From NCBI RefSeq assembly GCF_018977255.1, contig NW_024704742.1, forward strand, positions 121,894,001 to 121,958,000: DNA of 64,000 nt, written 5' to 3'. This DNA comes from Callorhinchus milii (lineage: Eukaryota). The first letter of the stretch is position 1. Every line of letters starts with the position of its first letter. Below are positions 1 to 12,870 of the stretch, in pieces. Both the position numbers and the translations under genes were made by a program. Below the pieces are notes generated by a model. That model had not been told where the DNA came from. It was given only the letters and a program-made list of their open reading frames with translations, and did no database searches.

Positions 1-70
1 CTGCCAGGAATTGAACCCAGGTCCTCTCATTTGCGAGGCGAGTGCTCTAACTACTAAACTGCAGGACTCC
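1..70 (-). mobile_element. tRNA-derived SINE head (continues beyond window start)
   Basis: Reverse of ggagtcctgcagtttagtagttagagcactcgcctcgcaaatgagaggacctgggttcaattcctggcag. Confidence 0.88.
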
Positions 71-633
71 ACACTCATAGTGGAGACTGAAAAAAAAGTG
101 CATCTGTTTGTTTAGTCACAACACTGATCTCTACTTTTGGCCCTTAATTTGTGAATTTGCTGGTGAAGCCAGCAGATTTTCAACCATGTCCATATTTTCT
201 ATCTACTTCATTATAAATAGATTCAAATAAATACATTCACTGGGACACTGGAACCTTTCCCAGTTTACACAGGCAGATAATTCTGGAGCACACACACAGG
301 AACATTGGCATTTTTTTGGAGCCATGAATTAAATTGTTATGGCACACGCAGACTCCTAAAGCTTCACTGGCAACCTACTTACAGCTCAGTCCCAACATTT
401 ATCGCACAGAATTTTGGATAATCCTTAATTTGGAGGCTGGTTTTCTGCAGTTCACAGAGTCGTGAATTTTAACTAATTTTAAGAATTTTCCAAAATTTGG
501 CACAGTCTTAAAACAAAGAACTTAATGAAGGCTTGTGGAATAGGAAATTTGGGCCCCTTGAGTCCTAACATCATATGGTATTGCAAACTTTCATAATACA
601 TTGGAAAAATTAAAAATACATTTATTTTGATAT

Positions 634-744
634 TTTCGCCCACAAAATATGGTCAATTCACTTTACAGTATATTCTGTGAAGCCCTTTGAGATGTTTCGA
701 AGACGTGATAAGGCACTATATCAAATGGAAGGATTATTATTATT
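634..744 (+). mobile_element. SINE 3' half
   Basis: gtcaattcactttacag...aaggattattattatt. Confidence 0.85.
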
Positions 745-1561
745 AATATTATCTTGTACTGAGGTCTATTTAAAAATCACAAGTGTCAAGGTGCAGAGTT
801 ATATGATTTTATAACACCAATTTATAGAAGGAGAGATTGTAGTTTCTAACTGCAACCATTAAAGATAACTTCTAAAATTCCCACTTCACAATGGGTGTTG
901 TTGATAAATACTCTGCTTTTTCCACCCACTTGACTGTGGCACTTCAACTGAAAATCAGGAATTGATATTAGAATAATTCTAAGCTTGTCACTTTCTGCTA
1001 GGAAGCAATGATAATATTTGACTACTATACACATGGCATAGAGAAGCTACATGAATATCGATGGATATCACTGAGCTGAACAAACAAGGGCAGCTTGAAA
1101 GCAGGCAACATTTTACTTAAGGCAGTCTCTCACAGTTCCAAGAACCATGCCTCTTTCAATCTGCTTTAAAAGACAGGTCACCTTCCTCCCATTTTGTAAG
1201 AAACATCATTGTGAATTTCACTGTTACAATATTTGCTTTTGGTGACCGTCTCACTGATAAAGCTCTTTTAAGTGTCTTTGAATGCTTATATGTGGAATTA
1301 AATATCGTGGGTCCATTCATCATGAATTCCACAGGAAAAATATTTTTTTCAGCGAAATCTCAATGTTGCACTAGAATTCCATGCTGATATTAAAAGAATG
1401 TTACATAGTTGTTTTTGAAATAGGTACTGATACTGTAGTTATTTGTATATATAGAGCACTTTTCAGTTAAAGTTTCAGCCGAGATTTAAAACAAAGAGAT
1501 CCGTTTTAGGATGTAAAAAGCGCTATACAAACGTAATTTGTTGTTGGTATTTTTGAAGCCT

Positions 1562-1586
1562 GAGAGAGAGAGAGAGAGAGAGAGAG
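1562..1586. repeat. (GA)n microsatellite
   Basis: Direct reading. Confidence 0.95.
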
Positions 1587-2211
1587 GTAGCAAGCCAAAG
1601 AGATTTATGAAAAGAATTCCAGAGGGCAGAGTCATGTTGGCTGAAAGTATGGTCACTGATGGTGGAGTGAAGGGAGTGAGAAATAAGGAATATACCAGAA
1701 TCAAAAGAAATAACTAATCAATGATGAAATAGCTGCTTGTTACTCTTTGTTTAAAAGTTTCTTATCCATTTCGAGTCACAGTTTTGTTTGCGTGAAAGAT
1801 GTGTTACATGAATATTTTGATCATGTTTTCGAATGCTATCACTGAGCGCACATTGTCTGTCTGGCAAATAAAGAAAGAGCTATCATTGAAATGCCACAAA
1901 GATAAGAAAATGATGTGCTAATAAGAATTTAATCTACCACAACAGATATGCTTCTCATGGGATTTGCTGCCATTTTGGAACTTGAGTTAGCAGCCGATCA
2001 CGTTACGTGTAATGAACTCATTTCTATTTTTATGATCTGAGGACATGTAGGTTGACAGAGGGACAGATGGCTAATTCTGGCTTCTGGTTTGTGACCATGG
2101 GTAGCAGTTTCCTTTTGAGCTGCTATTTGGTAAATTACCCAGAAATGTCTAATAAAAGGACAGAAAGCAGATGTCAGCTACAAAAGTGCCTTCGCTGGCC
2201 ATCAAAAGGTT

Positions 2212-2361
2212 TCGGCCTGGCGTAGTTTCTAGCATTTGTGCCTCTGAATTAGAAGGTTCAGGCCCCATGTTGGAACTTTGAGCTCATGTCTCGGCTGGTA
2301 TTCCAATATAGGGAATGCTCTGCATTGGCAGAGGTGTTGTCCTTCAGATGAAACACCAAAC
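2212..2361 (+). mobile_element. DeuSINE 5' fragment
   Basis: cctctgaattagaaggttc...ccttcagatgaaacac. Confidence 0.65.
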
Positions 2362-2441
2362 CTACCGAGGTTTGCAAATACCACATGTCAGCTTCATGTT
2401 GGTTTTAACCCATTCACTTATATTAGATTTTTTTATTTCTC

Positions 2442-2566
2442 ATTTTGCCCACAAAATACACAAGTCAATTCACTTTACAGTATATTCGGTGAAGCGCTTT
2501 GAGACGTCTCGAAGACGTGATAAGGCACTATATCACTAAGGCAGGATTATTAATACTATTATTATT
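2442..2566 (+). mobile_element. SINE 3' half
   Basis: gtcaattcactttacag...gagacgtctcgaagacgtgataaggcact. Confidence 0.85.
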
Positions 2567-2574
2567 TCCTCGAT

Positions 2575-2894
2575 ATTATTTCTACTGGCGGTGGGTCGGT
2601 AATCCGAGGACACCGACTTAAAATAGTTGTCATAAGAAACAGAGGGGAGGTGAGGAGAAATGTTTTCACACAGCGAGTTGTTTGGAATGGAATGCATTGA
2701 CTGAAAAGGTGGTGGAAGCAATAGCAACTTTTAAGAGAGACATAGATAATTATTTGGGGAAGGCAAGTTTGCAGGGCTACGAGGAGAGAGAGAGGGAGTG
2801 GAATTGATTAGGATAGCTCTTTTCAAATAGCCGGTACAGACACGATGAGCCGAATAGCCTCCTTCTGTGCTATATAATTTTCTATGATTCTTTG
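2575..2894 (+). mobile_element. CR1 3' end fragment
   Basis: Colinear with 15900-16202 (ttttcacacagcgagttg...cctccttctgtgctatataattttctatgattct). Confidence 0.9.
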
Positions 2895-4420
2895 ATATGT
2901 TATAAACAGTAAATTCAGTCTGAATTCTGACTTTTTGGAAAATCCAATAGAAAGTTCATGCCTTTAATCATATTTGAAGTTGGCGATGCAAAAATAAGCA
3001 TAACACAAGTGGATTATGGAAATCTTATATCTAGCTTAAACCGTTGAACTATAGTTACTACACTTTCTTGCACATCTAATGAGATGTTACATTTTCATCT
3101 TAATTTAATTGCGTTTCTTCAAACTACAGGCACATCTGATTCATATTGTGTTTGATATCAGTGATAGGCCAAATTTATTACATGTAGTTTCGTGAGTCCA
3201 ACATTGGATCAAATACCATCAAGAATTTAACACCACATCCATTTTTTCAAACGGAAACCTGCTTTTCAATTGTGAATTCAGATTTCATTTTTTTTTTNGC
3301 TGTTACATCATTTGTTTTCCTGATCCCAGATATCCAATTTCTTCATATTGTCAGACGTAAGAGAGATGCAGAGAATTCCTTTTTACAACTTGATAAGTAA
3401 TGCTGTATCTACAAACAAAACCAATGTTCCCTTATGGTAAAAAGTAACAAAATGTGACAATTGCTCATTTCTCAACAAGAAATTGATTGGCTAATATATT
3501 TTTAGCCAATTTTAGGGATGTCTGTTCTGAAGAATATTTTGTGTCAGCTTCAAGGATTTCCAGGTTAGACATAGGACAAGCACATCAAAGCACGTAATGA
3601 GGAAAGGCCATTCAATTCTAAATTCTGTTTCCTCTCCTTTCGCCAGGTTGAATAGTTTGATCCGTCTTGGCCATGGCCAATGGAACTCATTTAATTTGCT
3701 GAGAAAGGCTCTGCAAAAATTTTTTTTGCTCCCAAAGATAAATCCAGAAAAATATAAAATTTCCTATCTGATACATATATATCCAAGAATAATTGTTTTC
3801 CTTGCAAGAGCTTACCATAGTCTCAGTGAAACACATGCCATTTAATCATCTCTTATCAATACGTATCCTTATAATGTTCAATTCATTATAGCCCTCAATC
3901 CAATTCTTCCTCAGAATTCAGATTTAAATCAATCTTCATGGCCTTAACTGCTTAATCTGAAAGTCAATTCGACATACACACAGATTAGATTCAGAGCAAA
4001 ATGCCCCGTACTCTGTTCCAATATTATAGTTTGCACCTCCATTTCACTAGAGTTTCCGTTTTCCTAAAGACTGTGGAGATGGACTGGGAATTTAGTATCA
4101 GTCAGTGATACAATTTTGGCTATTTTGTTCTCCCATAGATTCAGAGATTGTACAGTTCAGAAACAGGCCATTTGGCCCATTCACTCCACACGAGTGACCA
4201 ACCCAGATCTTGTCCCTAGTCCCATACAATGTGACAGCATAGTAACAGTCTGCTCTGGTACTTTTCTCTACGTGAGCCAATATGCAATATGTAAAGTAAA
4301 ACTCACATAAATCTAATCTGTATCAATCTTATAATCGCCTAAATTGTACATCTGCCCAAGTCCCGTTCAAGAATTTATATTCTATGCAAGTTTGACATAA
4401 CTCATGGTTTGCATAAATCA

Positions 4421-4730
4421 TAATAAATAATAATAATCCCTGCATTTGGTATACAAATTCACTTCTCTTCCAGCTGCGACTCCAGGTCCGCTGATTTTCT
4501 GTTAGCTTGTTTGATGGAAATCAAGGCCTGGATGAGCACAAACTTCCTGTAGTTGAATGTTGACAAGATAATAATAATCCTTGCATTTGATATCGTGCCT
4601 TATCATGTCTTTAGGACATCTCAAACCATTTCACTGAATATACTGTAAAGTGAATTGACTATATTTTGTGGGCCAAACGTGGTACACACAGTAGTGTCCC
4701 ACAAACAGTTGTGGATTGAGTGACCACATT
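4421..4730. mobile_element. Composite: antisense SINE tail + L2 RT piece (+, 4451-4567) + antisense SINE 3' half (4568-4730)
   Basis: Junction gttgaatgttgacaag|ataataataatccttgcatttgatatcg identical to 36928-36971. Confidence 0.88.
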
Positions 4731-4979
4731 TGTTTTCAAAATGTTTTATTATTGAAACGTGACTGCCTATTGATACATCCTCCCCATATGAAAGGATTAT
4801 AGATCAAATGAAAGGACTATTATTAATATTATTATCCTGCTCACTTCTCCTTAATATTTCTTTTTGTTCTTGCACCCACTGCAAAATTACGAAACACATG
4901 ACTATCTACTGCTCTGTATCAATGACACCAAGTGCAGATTAGATGTCTGTTTTGCCAAACATCTTTATTCTATACATAA

Positions 4980-5122
4980 TTGATCTGGACTTCCGTGTGG
5001 CTCACCAATTAAACTTTTGCTCTCAGTCTTCTGCTCACTGTTCAACAGAAATCTCAGGAACAATCTCTTTGTTTTTCTTGGACAGCCTTCAGGCTTGAAA
5101 ACTTAATTTAACATCTTCAAAT
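4980..5122 (+). mobile_element. Second, more decayed Penelope-like GIY-YIG remnant
   Basis: gacttccgtgtggctcaccaattaaac (DLPVAxHFN-like); caggaacaatctc...cagccttcaggcttgaaaacttaatttaac (EQ...QPSGLN..FN-like). Confidence 0.5.
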
Positions 5123-5223
5123 CTATCATGTGGCTGGGGCATCTGCCTGGGTCAATTGGGGAAAGAATATCAGGTGGCATGATGGGTCGGTCAGTCAGTC
5201 GGGTGTGTGGATGAGTTTGAGGG

Positions 5224-5585
5224 TGTCATCTGGCCACACTTGACAGTATTCTCGCCTCTTGAGTCAGAAGAATCTCAAAAGCCTCCTCTTCGACCGAGCC
5301 TTCGACCACCCTCCTACACTCTCTGCCCTCCACCCCTCCCTGATCCCGACCCCGAGCTCAGGACCAAGTCCCTGACTGTCCAGCACCTCGGGACGTCCTC
5401 CTGATGTAAAAGGTGCTAATTTTGTAATTTTGTATTGTATTGTAAGATTATTGGTTCAAGCTCCATGCGAGGACTCTGAACTCACATAGTCTATGGTGAT
5501 ACTCCAATATAGTGCTTGGTGAGTGTTCCATTGTCAGAATTGCTGTCCTTCAGATGAGACATTTAAACCAAGGTCCTGTTCACCT
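5224..5585 (+). mobile_element. DeuSINE fragment interrupted by an L2 3' end (~5272-5443)
   Basis: gagtcagaaga^...^aagattattggttcaag; cagatgagacatttaaaccaagg. Confidence 0.78.
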
Positions 5586-6531
5586 ATTTGATGGGGAAGA
5601 GGATGGGGTGGATGGGCTGGGTAGGTCAGGGATAGGGGAGAAGATAGGATTGGCAGGTGGGGGACACAAATGAGTTAAGTTTGACATCACAAGTCAGTGA
5701 AAGACATTTGGGTACTAATTTGCCTGTTGTGCTTTGCCAGCACTCTCTGATTTTGTTCCAGTCCTACAGCATTACACTTTCTGTTATCTCTTCAGATTTC
5801 AGCTGTCTCCATTGTCTATCACATCTCCTAGACTTGTATGTTATTTACACGCAGTTGCACCAGAATGTTATCCTTTTTTGGTGCCGCCTTGCTTTCATAC
5901 TTTTGAGCATTTCTCAATCTTACAGATATTCATTCTTTCATTCGTTCAGTTTGTGTTGGATTCAACCAAGGTTGCCCATTAAAACCCTATTCCTGATTTC
6001 TTAAATTCTAACAAGCAACAGAGCTCATATCATATAATACATGGACCTTCAACTTATCCAGTCTCCATATGAATCCAGCCCCGACTGGAATTATAGTCTG
6101 CTGGCTTAGGATCTTGTGTGACGGGTTTGGGCACTAACAGCCCATTCATGTGAGCCTGTAAAACACAACAGACATTATTTCTGCATTAATTGGGACTAAA
6201 TTTGTCAACCACATTCAGAGAGGGCAGAAGTATTTAGGAATGTGTTTTATGTGAGTGTGCCAGAAGAGTGTATTAAGATAGATGGAATAGCTAATTGGCC
6301 ATAGAGGGAACAAGCTGCTGCAATGGCCTTTTACTTCTTAATGAATTAAATGATTTAAAAAATGATAGACCCTTTAGTATGACACTGCTAATGTCATTCC
6401 AATGCCAACTTAGAGAATGATTTGAGGCTACTGCCATTTACACTTGTGAATAGTAAACCATCTGAAAGTCTCATTTGAAAGTGGATAGATAAACAGTTTA
6501 GAGATTGGACGACTCTAAACTGAATCCTTCA

Positions 6532-6685
6532 ACAACAACTTGTATTTATATAGTCCCCTTCATATGGGGTAGCGTCTTGGAGTGCTTAACATATGAACGT
6601 GATGTCGAGCTGGGGGGAGGGGAGGTGACCACAAACATAGTCGAAGACGAAGGTCTTCAGGCATGATCTGAAAATGGTGAAGGAT
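6532..6685 (-). mobile_element. L2 3' tail fragment
   Basis: aacaacaacttgtatttatatag is the reverse L2 tail. Confidence 0.75.
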
Positions 6686-6688
6686 ATA

Positions 6689-6935
6689 TAATAATAATAA
6701 TCCTTGCATTTGATATAGCGCTTTTTCATGTCTTCTAGACGTCTCAAAGCGCTTTACAGAATATACTGTAAAGTGAATTGACTGTAAGTGACCAATTTAT
6801 TTTTGTTTTTTTTTCTTGAGGGATTATTATCAGGTGCATAGAATAAGGAAACTTGCCCAAGGTTTTGCCCTGCGGGAATCGAGCCCAGGTCTCACTTGCG
6901 AGGCGAGTGCTTGAACCACTGAGCTACAGGACTCC
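6689..6935 (-). mobile_element. tRNA-derived SINE with internal deletion
   Basis: Head and (ATT)n tail present; the gctgtgcgcaattggc block is missing. Confidence 0.9.
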
Positions 6936-6939
6936 ACAG

Positions 6940-7900
6940 ATGGTGGAGGTGGATGAGGGAGGAGAAACGGTGTAGGAGGATGGCATGATTGACTATGGAG
7001 AGGTCTAGAAGGATAAGGAAGAAGAGGGAGACCTGGTCACACAGAGAGAGAGGACATAATTTGTGATTTTGACAAGTGCTGTTTTTGTACTGTGGGCAGG
7101 GCAGAGAGCAACTGGAGGGGCTCAAATAGGGAGTAAAGGGAGAGGTGTGAGCAACATTGATTTGCAACCACATGTTCCAGAACTTTAGCAAGGAAAGGTA
7201 AGTTAGAAATGGGCCGGTAGTTTGTAAGGTTAGAGGGGTTGAGGATTGGTCTTTTAAGGAGGGGAGTGATGATAGCAGCTTTGAGAGGGAGTGAGATGGA
7301 GTCTGAGGTGAGGGACTGGTTGACTGTGTCTGCCAGCAGTGGGCTATGGAAGGGGAGTTGAGTGACAAGCAGCTGGGTGCAGAGGGGTTTGAAGCAGCAG
7401 GTGGTGGGCTTCACGTGGTGATGATTATGATAGTAACCCTTGCGTTTGATATTGCTTCTTTCACGACATTGAGACATCTCGTAGCACTTTACAGGATATA
7501 GTGTAAAGTGGATTGAGACCGACTGTGTATTTTATGAGTGAAGCATGGCTCATAAGATAGTTCAGAGGGAGGGAGGAGAAATGGGGGCTAAAGAGTGTAG
7601 GGTGGGGGCAGTGGAAGAAGCCATAACAGAAGGAGTGGGTGATGTTGAAGGTATAGGCGGTGAGGTATACTGAGAGGAAGAGGAGGCAGCCAGGCACATA
7701 TTTTCTATCTTTGAGACAAAGAAGTCCAGGGGATTTTTGCCCTTGGCATTAGATGAGAGGATCAAGGGTGCTTGAAGAAGTGCATGGAGGAGATGATGAG
7801 TGATAAAAAACAAGACTTTGGAGTTATTTTTGTTCTCCAGAATGGCCTGGGAATAGAAAGCAGTTTGGGCTTGTGAGAGGATGGGTATGAAGATGCTTGA
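6940..7900 (-). mobile_element. L2 ORF2 fragment (linker to RT start) with a SINE tail piece at ~7420-7535
   Basis: KAAIITPLLKRP..NYRPISNLPFLAKVLE; ILLDLS; AILENKNNSKVLF. Confidence 0.88.
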
Positions 7901-8168
7901 GCCACATTTGGTGGTGAGAATCCTTAACAATTCAACAGGAATTGAACAATAGAAGCTTTTATGAAGATATATTTGGTACTCTTAAAAAAATCTGCCAAAA
8001 CTCTAGTGAGGACATCTCAAATGCTGCTTGACAATTGAAGAGGAGAAAATTATACCCTTAATAGTCCTTGGGTTGTGATTATAATGGCCAGGGAAGCTGT
8101 GATTCATCCAGATCTTATTCGTGGGTAAAAGCCTTCCTATTGAAATACTAGACCTAAGCATTATCAGA

Positions 8169-8610
8169 TGTCACCCCGGCGCAGTTGGCAGCACGCTTAC
8201 CTCTGAGTCAGAAAGCTGTGAGGCGGTGTGCTAAGCAGTGTGTTGGGACTTTGAACTCACAGCTGACATTCCAATGCAATGCTGGGGGTGTGCCACATTG
8301 TCAGAGGTACCATTCTTCAGTTGAGAGGTTAAATTGAGTTCCTGTCTGCATATTAAAGTGAATGTTAAAGATCCCTCGGCAGTGTTCAAAAAGAGATGGA
8401 AATTTCTCCCAGTGTCCTGTCCAGCAATTACCCAGATAAAATTATCATTCTCTTCATGGCTGGGTCATTACTGAGCATAAATTGGCTGGTGCGTTTGCCT
8501 ACAAAATGCAGTAACTACACTTTACAGTAAATCCTGTGATGTTCTTTGAAAGATCCTCAGGATGTGAAAGGTACTATATCAAATGCAAGAATTATTATTT
8601 ATTATTATAT
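8169..8610 (+). mobile_element. Old full-length DeuSINE (SacSINE1-like)
   Basis: tRNA-like head cctctgagtcagaa; Deu domain gttaaattgag...gttaaagatccctcggcagtgttc...ccagtgtcctg; L2-type tail. Confidence 0.82.
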
Positions 8611-8675
8611 AGCATTTTCCTTGTCACCATCTCTCCTTTCTTCTCTATTTCTGCACCAAATGCTGTGTCATTATG

Positions 8676-8910
8676 AATAATAATAATCCTTGTTTTGATA
8701 TAGAGACCTTATCACGTCTTCGAGACGTCTCAAAGCGCTTCACTGAATATACGGTAAAGTGAATTGACTTATATCTTGTGGGTGGGCACAGCAGTGTCCA
8801 CAAACAATCGTGAATTACATGACCAAATTATTATTTATTTGTAATTTTTCTTTATTTTTGATGGATTTATTATCTCCAGAAAAGCGATCCGCCAATCGAC
8901 TAACAACCGG
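8676..8910 (-). mobile_element. tRNA-derived SINE, long-middle subfamily, 5'-truncated
   Basis: Contains gaaaagcgatccgccaatcgactaacaa, as at 40683-40710 and 37111-37140. Confidence 0.85.
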
Positions 8911-8914
8911 ATTA

Positions 8915-9145
8915 CTACTTACTGACTTTGATCTCCACCTTAACTCTTCCTACCCCATCTCCTCCGATTTCTCTGCTCCCTTCATTAATCTCATCCTCCA
9001 TATTGACTCCCCCACCCACATCTGTGGTCCTCCTCCTCGATCTTGCCATTCATACATAGTCTAAACGTCTCTGAGCTCACCATTTCTGACCACTTCCACA
9101 TATCACTCACCTCGTATATCCCCTCCCTCCACCAAACTCTCCACA
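8915..9145 (+). mobile_element. L2 APE endonuclease fragment
   Basis: DFDLHLN...IDSPTHICG..LDL, then tctgaccac (SDH). Confidence 0.7.
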
Positions 9146-9151
9146 ATTTGT

Positions 9152-9462
9152 GGAGTCCTGTAGCTCAGTGGTTAGAGCACTCGCCTCGCAACTGAGAGAC
9201 CTGGGTTTGATTTCCGGCAGGGCAAAAGCTTGGGCAAGTTTCCTTACTCACATACTTGATAATAATCCCTCAAGAAAAAAAACAATAATAAATTGGTCAA
9301 TTCAATCCACGACTGTTTGTGGGACACTGCTATGAGCAATTGGCTGCTGGGTTTCGCCCATAAATATACAGTCAATTTACTTTACAGTATATTCTGTGAA
9401 GTGCTTTGAGACGTCTAGAAGACATGAAAAGTGCTATATCAAATGCAAGGATTATTATTATT
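9152..9462 (+). mobile_element. Full-length tRNA-Ala-derived SINE
   Basis: A box TAGCTCAGTGG, B box GGTTTGATTTCC, Deu-like body, L2-type tail, (ATT)n. Confidence 0.93.
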
Positions 9463-12125
9463 ACTGAAAAATTCTTTTGGAGTTTCACAGAGTACGAAAT
9501 TGCTACACATATATTTCTAAACCATAATCAACAATTTGAAAATAAGGAAGTGAGATGCCCCTGCAATAAATGATTATTAACTTATTAAATTCATAGTTAC
9601 CTACATTATAGAATGATGTTTCAGAGATGTTTTACTACAAAGTACACAGATATGTCCCCTCGGCTATATCAAATCCAACGATTATTATATTAATGTAATA
9701 ATATTGCTCCCTTAAATGCAGTAAAAGCAAGGTGATGGCAATCACTTTGTGTATAATCTTGCTTTATCTCTCTCTCTCACAGAGGGCCTGCATTATTGAA
9801 AGCTTATCTAAACCAGGGAATTAAACACCTGGAATTATTCAATAAATAGTAATGTAATTAAAAGACAACACAACTTAAAAGCTTTTCTTCTAATTGTGTT
9901 TTGTGAATGGTAAATGCTATGCGGTATATATAGGAATGTATATCAGTATTTTGCGTTCCTATTTCATGACTTTTATAGTGTTAAAATATCCATTTTAAGT
10001 CTCCACTACTCTAAACATTAATCATCATAATTCAGGAAGAACTGCTTCCAACCAAGACAGTTCATGATTATTATCATCAGTAAAAATATTCTGTCAAAAG
10101 GCATTTGTTAACTTCTTCACATATAAATACGTAGTCACTACACTTTACAGTAAACTCGTATGATATGTTGTGACAATATGATAAGGCACTGTATCAAATG
10201 TAAGGATTATTTGAATGAAAAGATAATTTTGTAAGAGATTATTTGAAGCAAAGACACATCGTAACCCTAGATTTCATGATTTGCTAGAATTATGATAAAG
10301 AAAACCTTATAGATTGCACAGAGAGGTGTAGGAACTGGCACCACACAATTGTATATCTCATGGGGATCAATACATTAAAAATGAATTTGTAACAAATGTA
10401 GATATTGCCTGAAATTGCTTTTTGGACACTGGTCTTAATTTTTCTCTTCTCTTTATCTCATTCTATTTCTCTCATTAAAGTGTATGCCATTGCACTGGAG
10501 AGCGTCATTCTTTTAAATATAAACAAACATGGATTGTTTAACCTGTAAATGCTAATCAATCTCTGAGGGAAAAATACTTACATTGTGTTACATAGACTGT
10601 ACCACACTAAGACAGGCCATTTAGACCAACTTGTACACGCCAGTGTTTATACTCCACATAAGCCTCCTCTCTTCTAATGCCCCCTTCTTATTCCTATCTT
10701 CTTCAAGATCACTAATATACACTATCCTTAGAGACTATTATCAACATATAAGATGGCCGAAAGTAAAAGAAATAACAAAATATTTACCATAAAGCAATAA
10801 AATCTGAATTAAAACGAACATAACATGGGGAGTATAATCATTGGCACGGACTAGTTGGGCTAAAGGGTCTGTTTCATGCTGCAGCAGTCTATGTAATTCA
10901 ATATATGAATTGTATGAAGGTATAGATAGGATTATTAAATCTTCCTTTTTAAGAAACTCTAAGTGAGAGGTTGCTAAATAAGTATTCTTTTCAACCATAG
11001 TAATACCACAAAGTATATAATTTTACCAACAGATTGGACAATGTGTAGTCACTGTGAAGGTTCCTTTCACTATATTGTATGGACAAGATGTACAGTGCTG
11101 AAGTTGGAAGCTATCTTTGAGAATAGAACTGTACTATCTGAACCCCCAGCATTCTTCCTGACTTTCTTTCTATCTATTTTGGAATGTAAAAATATTCAGC
11201 ACCACCGGACAAATTTTTCTTTTTAAAAAAAGATGAAGGAACAGTGCACGGAATGCTGAAAGATAAAACACCATTCACTGATCTCACATCAGCACCAGAT
11301 TGTTAAGAGCCAGCTAAACAGCAAAATATTGATGCAACCAACCCGCAGTGAATTTCTTGCAAGAAATAAAATCCAGCAGCAATTCATGTATTGCTGTGGT
11401 ATTGTACGTGTGTAAAAGCTGATTTCTCCTTAAGTTTAAGAAGAGAATTATCCCCCAAAGAAATCAGATTCAACTTTCCTACATAGAGTTTAAGCATTAC
11501 ATTTCGATTCTTGCACTTTGAATGGATTCATTCTGGGTAATCTGATTCAATAATTTAGTACCACAATGGCTTAAATTCTCCTAAGGATTTTATAATTCAG
11601 ATACACGCTGTATTTTTCAAAACATTGCCGCATACTTTGAATTTGTTTGCTGCTTCTGGTTCATGCTATATTTAGAGCTAATAGTTCTAAGTTGTGGGAT
11701 TTTAAACTCTGCCTACTTTGATCCAGATGAACTTCCTGATTTTAACCTTAACTTAATCTCCCATAAAAATGAGTATCATGAAACAAGCCTAAACCTACAT
11801 CAGTAAATTATGGTTGCTTCTTGTGCGCAGTATGGTGATAATGACATTGTCTTGTGAAAATGATCAGCAGGATCAAACACATGAATGCGTGGCTCGAGAA
11901 ATAGTGCTGTAAGGAGGGCTTCTGGTTCCTGGAACATTGGGAGCAGCTCTGTGGCAGGTGAGACCTGTACATGGTGGTTGGGTTACACCTGAACAGGGCT
12001 GGGACCAATGTCCTCGCAGGAGGTTAACTGGGCTGTGGGGAAAGGTTTAAACTAATTTTGAGTGGGGAAGGAATCAGGATGTAGCAACAGAGAGGAGAAG
12101 CAAGTTACACAGAGGGCTGGGAGAG

Positions 12126-12870
12126 ATAAGAAAGTAAGAATTAGGAGCAGGAGTAGGCCATTTGGCCCCTTGAGCCTGCCCTGCCATTCGATAAGATCAT
12201 TCCATAAATTCACTACCCTCTGAGTGAAAAAATGTTTCCTCAACTCTGTTCTAAAAGGCTGACCCTTAATTTTAAGACTGTGACCCCTGGTTATAGATTC
12301 TCCTACCAGGGGAAACAGTCCCTCAGTGTCTACTTTATCCAGCCCTTTAAGAATCTTATATGTTTCAATAAGATCTCCCCTAATTCTTCTGTACTCTAGA
12401 GAATATAGCCCTAGTTTATTCAGCCTATCCTCATAGGTCAGTTCCCTCATCCCAGGAACTAACCGAGTGAATCTACGCTGCACCCCCTCTAGGGCAAGTA
12501 TGTCCTTTTTTAAATAAGGAGACCAAAACTGCACACAATACTCTAGGTGCGGTCTCACCGAGGCCCTATACAATTGCAGCAAGATTTCCCTACTCTTGTA
12601 CTCTAAACCTTTTGCAATGAACGCTAACTTTTTGAGACTGGTGTACAAGGACACCCAAATCCCTCCGAACACTAATCTCTCCCCCTCTAGAAAATAATCT
12701 GTTTTTCTATTTTTTCTACCTATGTGAATAACTTCACACTTCCCCACATTAAATTCCATCTGCCACCTACTCGCCCGCTCCCCAAACCTATCTATATCCC
12801 GTTGCAATCTTTTTGCATCATCCTCAGAGCTTACTCTCCCACCTAGTTTAGTGTCATAGTGTCATTTAGT
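12126..12870 (-). mobile_element. 5'-truncated CR1 LINE of a second family (HER1-like tail), nested antisense in the 11862-16202 CR1
   Basis: ORF 12052-12807 with WQMEFNVGKCEVIH, VRPHLEYCVQFWSP, FFTQRVVNLWN; tail ggccaaatggcctactcctgctcctaattcttac; host resumes gggagag^atgaatacc as in the 31.1 kb copy. Confidence 0.93.

Noticed and set aside
3298..3298. Ambiguous base n (also 25784)
   Set aside because: Sequencing uncertainty in homopolymers; a caution that some homopolymer frameshifts may be artefacts.
9152..9225. tRNA-Ala genes at SINE heads
   Set aside because: No proper acceptor stem or terminator; continuous with SINE body and tail in many copies.
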